The notes below the pieces were generated by a model. The model ran no database searches. It was not told where the DNA came from and worked only from the letters and a program-made list of their open reading frames with translations. From Candidatus Thalassarchaeaceae archaeon (GTDB lineage Archaea > Thermoplasmatota > Poseidoniia > Poseidoniales > Thalassarchaeaceae), in NCBI GenBank assembly GCA_963582685.1, contig CAUZSM010000003.1:1-32894 (forward strand): a stretch of DNA of 32,894 nucleotides, written 5' to 3'. Of the stretch, positions 1-8,900 are shown piece by piece. The translations under genes and the position numbers were made by a program. The stretch's first letter is position 1; every line of letters starts with the position of its first letter.

Positions 1-691
1 GGTTGGCGCTGCCGTCAATGGTCAGGTCAAATCCGGCATCACCATACAGGAACATATTGTATGGAGCAAGGCCAACTGCGGGCGTGGTGTAGGTGGTTGA
101 CGCACCATGGTCAACAATTTCCACACGGTCAATAATCAGGCTATTCGGCGCCCAATTGCTGTCGAAGGTCACTTGGAAATCAGAGCGAGGTGCTGTGAAT
201 TCGATTTCGTGTACACCTTCGGTCATATCCTCCTCAAAGGAGTCCCAAAGCACAGTCCATCCAGTGAGGTATGAATCTGCATGCGAGATGATTCTCAGAG
301 TGAATGCGCCGCTTGCTTGACCCGAGGGGACCATCATTGTCGGTGCACCAGCGCTCACAGAGTATGCATCCGCGCGCATTGACTGTGGCCGCTGTTCAGC
401 AGTCAGCGAGCCGCTATTCATATTCAATTGGCCACCATCCAAGATGGTGATACTTGAATCGGTTCCAACGACAGTGATGTCGTTACTGATGGTGAGCGAT
501 GCGCCACTATGGACGACCACCTGTGCGTTCAACTGGCTACTGACATCCCAAGTCTCATCCCCGGTAATATCGTGTGTCGTTGCGCTCATCGGAGCTGAGC
601 CGGCTGACACCGTTCCGACTGAAATGGCCGGCAGCATAGCGATTATCATCAGCAAAACTAGGGTGAACTGCAGGCGTGCTGTTCGGGTCAT
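1..691 (-). CDS. Secreted/surface protein, 5' part only (runs off the window start); probable beta-helix-type protein
   Basis: Not in the ORF track. Read by hand: ATG at 691, open for 230 codons to position 2. It begins MTRTARLQFTLVLLMIIAMLPAISVGTVSAGSAPMSATTHDITGDETWDVSSQLNAQVVVHSGASLTI and ends at the window edge with GFDLTIDGSAN. It has a Sec-type signal peptide (basic, hydrophobic, VSA) followed by beta-strand-rich sequence. Confidence 0.85.
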   Translation of the reverse strand, partial: MTRTARLQFTLVLLMIIAMLPAISVGTVSAGSAPMSATTHDITGDETWDVSSQLNAQVVVHSGASLTISNDITVVGTDSSITILDGGQLNMNSGSLTAEQRPQSMRADAYSVSAGAPTMMVPSGQASGAFTLRIISHADSYLTGWTVLWDSFEEDMTEGVHEIEFTAPRSDFQVTFDSNWAPNSLIIDRVEIVDHGASTTYTTPAVGLAPYNMFLYGDAGFDLTIDGSAN

Positions 692-716
692 CGTGCCTGT
701 CTCAGCGGCCCATCAG

Positions 717-722
717 TATCAA
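717..722 (-). promoter_or_regulatory. Putative TATA-like box (TTGATA) for the 691 gene
   Basis: It lies 25 nt upstream of the ATG with no SD, matching the spacing of the boxes before carS and purD (leaderless-type). Confidence 0.4.
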
Positions 723-750
723 TCCCACGCTCATTCGACTGCCGGATGGA

Positions 751-771
751 TTGAAGGCTGAATGCATTCAG
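751..771 (+). promoter_or_regulatory. Putative TATA-like box TTGAAG (751-756) plus perfect 14-bp palindrome CTGAATGCATTCAG (758-771)
   Basis: The box is 24 nt upstream of the carS ATG at 781, and the palindrome lies between the box and the start. Confidence 0.45.
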
Positions 772-780
772 GCGACTCTC

Positions 781-1461
781 ATGAGTGGAATAGAGGTAGT
801 CAGCGGTGGCTCAATCGGTAGTTGGAGTCTGGATATCCTCACTGTCCTCTGGCTATTTCTGCCCGGCTACTTGTCTAACTCGGCTGCACAATTGTGGGGA
901 CGAGCAATACCGCGCATTGTCGGGATGGCTCCCAAACCAATCGATGGTGGGAGATGTCTGAAGGATGGCTATCGCATTCTTGGTGATGGCAAGACTTGGC
1001 AGGGACTGATTGGTGGAACATTCGCCGGAGGTGTATGGGGTGTAGTGCTGCACGCGCTAGCCAACGGCAATCATGACTCTGGCTCAAGGCCGTTCGTTGA
1101 CCTGCTGACAGGTGTGGATGCATCTGCCTGGTTCTGGTTTGGAAATGAGTGGGGCGCGGCTTTCATCATCGGACTGGTTCTCGGCTTTGGTTGCCTGTTT
1201 GGTGATTGCTTGGGCTCCTTCATCAAGCGCCGACGCGGCTTGAAGCGTGAAGGGAGTATTTCCAGCGAATCACTGTTTCTGGACACTTTGCCGTTTGCAA
1301 TAAGCACATTCCTGTTCGGGCAATTGTTGCTGACTGATACATTGGCCGGTAGCGCACAAGTCAGGCCAGCGATGCTGTTCTTGTTGCTACTCACTCCTCT
1401 CATCCATCGAGGTGTGAACAAACTCGGTTATCGATTGAAACTCAAGGACGTACCATACTAA
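781..1461 (+). CDS. carS: CDP-archaeol synthase (CDP-2,3-bis-O-geranylgeranyl-sn-glycerol synthase)
   Basis: Family motifs LPGYLSN, PIDGG, GDGKTWQG, GDCLGSFIKRRRG and the C-terminal TPLIHRGVNKLGYRLKLKDVPY, with several TM segments. The start is placed at ATG 781 because the 676 start overlaps the divergent gene. Confidence 0.92.
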   Translation: MSGIEVVSGGSIGSWSLDILTVLWLFLPGYLSNSAAQLWGRAIPRIVGMAPKPIDGGRCLKDGYRILGDGKTWQGLIGGTFAGGVWGVVLHALANGNHDSGSRPFVDLLTGVDASAWFWFGNEWGAAFIIGLVLGFGCLFGDCLGSFIKRRRGLKREGSISSESLFLDTLPFAISTFLFGQLLLTDTLAGSAQVRPAMLFLLLLTPLIHRGVNKLGYRLKLKDVPY

Positions 1462-1503
1462 TCCATACATCTTACAGAATTACTAGGATGGCCAGAGGCA
1501 CTA

Positions 1504-1528
1504 TTGAAGGGCTGAAAGCACTTCGGCC
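1504..1528 (+). promoter_or_regulatory. Putative TATA-like box TTGAAG (1504-1509) plus imperfect inverted repeat GGCTGAA-N5-TTCGGCC
   Basis: The box is 24 nt upstream of the purD ATG, the same spacing as for carS, and the two leaders have similar sequence. Confidence 0.45.
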
Positions 1529-1533
1529 ACCGC

Positions 1534-2808
1534 ATGGGTCGATGTGTATTGGTGGTCGGTGGAGGAGGCCGCGAGCATGCATTGGCGATCGGCCTTTCCG
1601 AGAGCGATTCGGTAGCCGAGGTCCATGTCGCACCCGGTAATGCCGGCACGGCGAATGTAGCCACCAATCATCAGGTCAGTGATGGTGATGTCGACGCTCA
1701 GGTCGCTCTTGCTCACCGATTGGGTGCAGATTTGGTAGTTGTTGGCCCAGAGGGGCCACTTGTCAAGGGATTAGCCGATGCGTTACGCGCTGATGGCATC
1801 CCCTGCTTTGGCCCTCATTCAGAAGGTGCGATGCTTGAAGGCAGCAAAACTGTGGCGAAATCCACCATGCAGAAACTTGGTGTTCCCACCGCACAAGTCA
1901 TCCGACTCGATTCTAGTTCAGACTTGGATTCTGACCTTGATGAATTCGCACCTCCATGGGTCATCAAGCGTGATGTGCTAGCCGGTGGAAAAGGTGTTCT
2001 CGTCACCGAAGACCGCGACGATGCGCGCGATTTCATCACTTCAAGCATAGATAGTGACGGGTTTGTACTGCTCGAAGAATTTCTCTCCGGTGAGGAAGCG
2101 AGCATGTTGGTGATGATGGACGAATCCGGCTTCCTTGCTCTACCCTGCAGCCAAGACCACAAGCGGGTCGGCGAAGGAGATACCGGATTGAACACAGGTG
2201 GAATGGGGGCATATGCCCCTGCTCCTGTCGCAACTGAGGAAGTCAGAGCACGTGCCATTCGCGAAATTGTTGAGCCAATGCATGCACATTTGTCATCACA
2301 GGCTACACCGTATCGAGGCTGCCTATATGTTGGCCTGATGATTGACGAGAGTGGCGCTCCCAGCGTAGTCGAATTCAATGTCAGATTCGGTGACCCCGAA
2401 ACTCAGGTGACCGTGCCACTGATCGCCAGCGATCTATGCGAATTACTGCTCGCTGTCGCTGAAGGCAGACTCTCATCTTGCGAAACTACATTTCACGATG
2501 CACACGCATTGACAGTGGTGCTTGCCAGTCAAGGATATCCGGGTCCACCGGTCAAAGGACTCCCAATTGGCGGTGAACTCTCTGCACTAGGGGAAACTGG
2601 TTGTTTGGAGGGGTGGGCGTTCGTCCATCACGCTGGAACTGGTGAGGATGAAGATGGGGTACTGATTTCAACAGGAGGTCGGGTGCTTGCAGCAACAGGA
2701 ATTGCCTCCTCACTACATGGGGCAAGAGAACTTGCTTATCAGAAGTTATCAGCCATTTATTTGGAGGGTTCTCATTTTCGAAAGGACATAGGTCACAGAG
2801 CCCTCTAG
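1534..2808 (+). CDS. purD: Phosphoribosylamine--glycine ligase (GAR synthetase)
   Basis: Motifs GGGGREHAL, APGNAG, VVVGPEGPL, LEGSK, LAGGKGV, QDHKRVGEGDTGLNTGGMGAYAP, EFNVRFGDPETQ, GGRVL and FRKDIG. Confidence 0.98.
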   Translation: MGRCVLVVGGGGREHALAIGLSESDSVAEVHVAPGNAGTANVATNHQVSDGDVDAQVALAHRLGADLVVVGPEGPLVKGLADALRADGIPCFGPHSEGAMLEGSKTVAKSTMQKLGVPTAQVIRLDSSSDLDSDLDEFAPPWVIKRDVLAGGKGVLVTEDRDDARDFITSSIDSDGFVLLEEFLSGEEASMLVMMDESGFLALPCSQDHKRVGEGDTGLNTGGMGAYAPAPVATEEVRARAIREIVEPMHAHLSSQATPYRGCLYVGLMIDESGAPSVVEFNVRFGDPETQVTVPLIASDLCELLLAVAEGRLSSCETTFHDAHALTVVLASQGYPGPPVKGLPIGGELSALGETGCLEGWAFVHHAGTGEDEDGVLISTGGRVLAATGIASSLHGARELAYQKLSAIYLEGSHFRKDIGHRAL

Positions 2809-2822
2809 GGGTGACATAGGAA

Positions 2823-2840
2823 AGTGCGATTCGGCGCACT
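2823..2840 (+). terminator. Hairpin after purD (AGTGCG-N6-CGCACT)
   Basis: 6-bp stem 14 nt after the stop codon, with no U-tract. Confidence 0.25.
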
Positions 2841-2876
2841 GTGCCACATCCTCGCGCGCATGCATAAGGCGAACGA

Positions 2877-2882
2877 TTAAAA
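2877..2882 (+). promoter_or_regulatory. Putative TATA box TTAAAA for aglB
   Basis: The only TATA-like run in the purD-aglB spacer. A GAGGGG SD-like site at 2943-2948 precedes ATG 2955. Confidence 0.4.
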
Positions 2883-2954
2883 CAAGGCCTCCGGTGGCGG
2901 CGACGCTGATGAGAGCGTATGCTGTCATCTGAAACCCAAGATGAGGGGACAATA

Positions 2955-5900
2955 ATGGAAGAAGAAGATGTTGTGACCACCAATCGTATTCCGTTCCTCG
3001 GAATGCTCTCAGCACCACTCGTCATCGCAGTAATGCTGTTGACGACCATTGGTCTGACTTGGAAGGTCATAGACTATGATGTAAGCCACTGGAACACCAT
3101 CCTGTTGGCGACTGGCGTCATGCTAGTCGCCGCAGTCCTCGGCAAGGTACCCGGCCTAATCCCATCTGACTCAATCCCTCTCTCACCCGCTTCGAAGTCT
3201 GCTTTGTTCGCTGCGATAATTGCTGCAATCAGCTATGCGATGCTATACTACGACATGTCTCTGCTCGCACTTGCCTTCGGCATCATTGCCGTTGGAGTGC
3301 ACGTGCTAGACAAGGCAGGTTGGCACGAAGAGGAGAACATCCTCGTCGCTGTCGTCGCTGGATTCATCTTTGCGATTCAAGTAGCCGCAGCAGGCCACGA
3401 GTGGATACCTGAAGACTCATTTGCAGGTCAGGCATACAATCTGATTGACATCGAGAGAACGACCACCGTCTTCCTGTTCTTCGGAGCATGGACTGCGATG
3501 ATTATCGACGGAGCAATCCTAGCATTGCTGTTCAGGGGTCGGCTATCCGAGCCCGGAAAAGGGCCTTGGTTCCGAAATTTGGACAATGTTGCTGGTAATA
3601 ATTTCCTACCACTTTACATTGCTTTGGGAATTTGGTGGTGCGCTCACATCGCTGCACTGGTTCAACTGCAAGGATTGGAGAATCCAGATGCTATGTTCCT
3701 AGGAGTACATCTGACCTACATCGGTGCTTTCAGCACTGGTTTGGTATTGCTATTCGTTGCTTTCTGCTGGGCAGAACGGTGGCGCACTTTGGGTGCGGTT
3801 GTTCTGTTGAATTACTTACTATTCTGTGTGGGATCATGGCAATCCAAGGACATGTTTGGCCTTGGCGACGTCGATTTCCTGACTGGAGATATGGGTAACC
3901 TGACTTGGTTCCTGTTGTTCTTCTGGCTCAATGCTGGCATTATTTACCTCGGCTTCGTCAATAAGCTTGGTGATGCCGGTGGGCGTCGCGAACACGGTGG
4001 CGCAAGACAATGGTGGTCTGCAAATTGGTATGGCATTACGGTCGGTGGCGCACTACTAGTCGCCCTAGCAATCCGAACGTTGTGGAATGTTCTGCCTGCA
4101 CTCAACGGCACAGGGCCAGGCGAGTGGGACATGACCGGTGGTTCTGACCCGTGGTACATGAAGCGTGCAATCGACTACATCATCGCGCACAATAGCCATT
4201 TCGTCATTGACATGGACCGTTCTTACCCACTTGGTTCCATCAACCCGCGACCGCCTCTATTCACCTGGACCCTTGCCCTTGCTGGCAAGTTACTCAACCC
4301 ATTCGTAGCGGGTGATGTGAACGAGGCAGCATGGTGGGGTACTACTGCGATGCCGGCAATTTACGGAGCACTCACTGTTCTTCCCATCGCTGCAATGGCT
4401 CACAAGCAATTCGGCAAGGGTGCCGGTGCAACCGCTGCGTGGTTGATGGCACTGATGCCCGGTCACGTTGGTCACTCGACCTTCGCTCTGGCTGACCACG
4501 ACGCTTTTGTCATGCTGTTTACCTCTCTTGGAGTATACTTCTGGATGATTGCGGTCGGTGCGGCCGGCAGCGATAAACTGCTGGAAGATGCACATTGGCA
4601 TCCACGACATTTGGCTCGAGGGATATCAGCAGCATTCCAGTATCGCTCCAAAGCGATGGCCTATTCGATACTGGCTGGTGTCTCATTTGCGACAGTAGCC
4701 CTAGGATGGAAGGGATTCGTCTACATTCTTGCTATTATCTTCGTCGCGTATTTCCTACAGACGTCAGTCAATATGCTGCGTCGCCGCGACAACATGCCGG
4801 TCACCGCGGCGATGATTGTGATGGTGGGAACAGCCTTCCTGCTGCCATTGCCTTTCTATGCCAACCCAGAGTTGTCTCTGCTGTTGGACGCTAGTGGTTT
4901 CCAGCCGATGTTCTACATTCTGTTTGCCGTTCTCGCTAATGGCTGGGTTGTCACAGCATACCGAGACAAGCCGTGGCTGATGGTCATCGTTACCGGTTTG
5001 AGTCTTCTCAGCGTAGTGCTTCTCGTGCTGTGGATGTTGCAGAATGTGTTCAACGTGTACAACGGTTGGGACGTCCTGTTCACAGGTGGTTATTACTTCA
5101 CCAAGAACAAGATATTCGGCACCATTGCTGAGGCGCAAGCACCGAGTCGAGGTATGCTATTCGGTTCGTTCGGACCGATTGTAATGCTGCTCGCACTCGG
5201 CGCGGGAATCGGCGCACTGTGGAGCGGCATTCGCCACAGAAATCATGTACATCTTTTCTTATCAATTTGGACTCTTCTCGGTATCTACATGGCATGGTCT
5301 GCTGGTCGATTCGTGTTCAACGCCACACCAGTGATGGCAGTGATGGGAGCATGGGCAAGCGTGTACATTTGGCGACTCGCTGGTTCACGTGAATTCGTCA
5401 AGACTTGGAGACGAAGCGGCATCAGTACTTCGGGTGCACGCTTCAAGTCTACATACAGGGCTAGCAAGAAGCATCCCGCGGTTCCTGCAGTGCTATTGGT
5501 GTTCATTTTGATGTTCAGCCAGCACGCAATCTATGGAATCGACTCCGGCATACCAAGAGGTGATACCAATGAGAAGCGCATCGACCAGACCTTCTTCGAT
5601 TTGGCTCCAGATGTGATGCGGGCTGATTTGTTCGGTTGGTCATTGATGCCTAATGACCGCGGTGGCAATTCCTACTCAGGCTACGGTGTCGGTGATGAAG
5701 AAGTGACCTCCTGTAGAGGCACATGCTGGTACATGGGTACATTCGGACCTGGTTTCAACGGTCGGTCATGGAATGATGCCTATGATTGGCTTGAGCATCA
5801 GGACGCAGATGAGGACTTCTCGGAGAGACCGGCATTCGTCTCTTGGTGGGATTATGGATTCCAAGCACTTACACAGGGTCAGCACCCGACAGTGGCTGAC

Positions 5901-8900
5901 AACTTCCAGTCAGGTATTCCGGCTGCTGGAAACATGCTGCTGTCCAACAGTGAGCAAGACACCCTCGGGCTATTCATTGGTACTCTTGATGAAGGAGACC
6001 GCCGTTACAAGTTGAACAACGATCCAGATGGATATGAAACCAGTCAGCATACTAATGCGTTTGAGAACGCGATGCGAAGTCACTTCCAGTATTCTACCAC
6101 ATACGACATTTGGATTGATGTGACCACTGCTGGCGATATTGACATTGTAAAGGAGCGTTCGTTCCGTGTCACTGCATCCGCTGATGACGTCATATTGGCT
6201 GAAGGCCATCCAGTCAACGAAGATGGTTCGGTTGCAACCAGCGTAACGCTATATCGATTGTACGAAGACTATGTGTTGCTTGATGAATTCACCTCAGAGA
6301 GCGAGATGATTCAGGCGTGGGATGTAAACAGCAAAACCGATTGGGGCGAGGATGGAATCGGTACAACCACGTCGCACTACATCATCGGTGATTATTGGTA
6401 TACCAAGGATATGGTCGAAGATTTCAACGATGTCGGTACATCACTTCATCGACAGAACGCGCGCCTTGCCATGGCACGAGAGTTGCTGATTAACACCATG
6501 TCAATGGATGACATGGTTGCGCTGTTCCATGACCTCACTTCAATCGATTACGAGGTCGTCAACTATGATGCACCACCCGGTGAGACCATAGTTAGGAATC
6601 ACGACATCCGTTACTTTGCAGTTGATAATCGGCTATACCCGATTGGTGGATACCAATATGCGGAATCTTCGTTCCACTACGGCAATCCGACCGGCATTTT
6701 CTACGCCCCGACAACTCTAGCTGGTCTTGACCCCAACAACTACCTCGAAACCGTGTACATCACTCAGCGTGGTGACCGACCAGAGCAGGAGATGACATCA
6801 GCTGAATACGAAGAAGCATACATCGCCGATATTCTTGCCAGTCAAAGCGGGTCTGGTGCGGACATCATCACTTTGACTGACGTTCGCGTAGACCAGCAGG
6901 AAGCATTCTTCGATACGATGATTGCACGTACCTACGTCGGCTACGGTGGTCCTCATCTTGGACTTCAGGGCCGTCTTGCTCAGCCTGCTCAGCATTTTGG
7001 TGGAAGGGGAACCCCCGAGACCGCACTGGCCTATGCACCACCTCTACCCGGTGCGATGATGCAACACTTTGTGCTAGCAAATTGGTATGACCCCACTGCA
7101 CTGGAGAATGAACTCTCAGTTGGCTCTGCCAATACCGGTGTCAAGATACTGAAGTACTACTCTGGTGCAACTCTGGAGGGCGATGTCGTCCTTGGAGACC
7201 TTGGAGTGGTTCCCAATGCCAAGATTCTCATCGAGCGCGACGCGTTCAGTGGAGAGGAGGTCGAAGCAGAAGACGGTACTGTAACCGATAGGGACCCGCG
7301 TACCTACTGGATCCCGATAGGTGCCACACAGGCTGATGACGAAGGCCACTACTCATTCAGAGCACCTGCTGGAAAAATAAGAGTCAGCGCATTCATGGGT
7401 CTCTCTGACCTTGATTCTGCTCGTGTTGACCTAATTTCGTCTGGGACTTCCGGCTCAGCCTCTTGGGTTACCGACATATTGCAGGATGGTAATGATGACC
7501 GCGAGATCAATCCGATAACCGGAATCCTCGCCAACGTCAGCGGAGCCACTTGGCTCGGTGAATCAGTCATCAATATTTCAGCGGTTGATGGACACAGTGA
7601 CGGCGAGGCGGTGTTGAGCAGCGATGTCACTGTAGAAGCCAGTGGTGCAACAGGTCGCATCACATGGGAAGGGCACGAGTCCTTCAATGGCGATCCTATT
7701 GCCAATCTGGAAGTTGACATCATCAACATCTGGGGTGAGACCGTCCAGCCACCATACACCATCACTACCTCAACCGGTTTGATTGAGGGAGACCGCGAAT
7801 TCCGTGGCACCGGTGAAGTGACCTTCACTGGTCCGGGTTTTGTGGAATCCGATGGAGTTGTGACTGCAACTGACTTCACTGGTACATACACTCGAGATAT
7901 CCTGCACGAACATTCGTTCACAGGCAGTGGAGATATCACCGGACGTGGGACACTCGTAGGTACTTTGGACGAGAATGCAACCGCCGTTGCCGATACTTGT
8001 GACAATGGTACTGTGCCCGGAGGTTTCGATGCCTGCTACGATGATAATGAACAGCACTGGATTATCGATGGTACTGCTATTGGCGCTGCGGGCCGCTTTA
8101 CTGCTAATGGCACATCTCAATTCTTATCGGTGATGAATCGTCAGACTTTTGTCGGCGCGGGAGTGTTCACTATTGATGCAAGCAATGAGTCCCTTGAAAC
8201 TTATGGAACCATCAATGGAACTGGTCTATTCAGTGGAACTGGAATCTACAGCGGGCCCATGGTTGAGCCCGGAACTTTCCACCTCGTGGATGCGATTCCA
8301 GGAGTTTACCACGTGCGTATTAATTTCCCCAATGGTGAGACACGACAACTACCAATGCCACTTGAAATCGGATTGGAGCATTTGACTGACATCGAACTAT
8401 GGTTACCGGGTTCATATGTACACGGTGTGGCAGAGACAGTTGACGGTGATTTTGTTCAGAGCACCTTCGAGTTGCTGGAAGAAGATGACAGGGACGCCGA
8501 GCCTACCGGGCTCTGCGAGGATGTTCTTTGGGCGCCCTGCCTGATAGAGAGTGATGAGAACGGCAGCTTCGGCTTCGGGCCGTTGACTGAAGGTGACTTC
8601 ATACTGACTTTGGATATGGATGATGATGGGTTCAATGAGTACGAATCTACACAAATCCGAATCATGGGAGATTCTGCTCAGAATGTCAGCGCTAGTAATG
8701 TAAACCACATCGTGACGATGCATGACCTCAACATCTCTCTGTACAAACGGGTTGGAGATGACGTGGAGATTGTCGAAGGACAAAACTTGACTTTCACAAC
8801 CCCGTTGATGCCGATAGAGATTGTTGCCCGAGATAATGGCAATGGCTCATACAATGTTGAGTTGCCTATGGGTGAGTGGATAGTCAACAGCAGTCTTGAC

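Noticed and set aside
93-761. + strand ORFs 93..320 and 444..761
   Set aside because: They are antisense shadows of the minus-strand secreted-protein gene starting at 691.
676-780. N-terminal extension of carS in the ORF track
   Set aside because: It overlaps the divergent gene start and both promoter-like boxes. ATG 781 fits the family length and promoter spacing.
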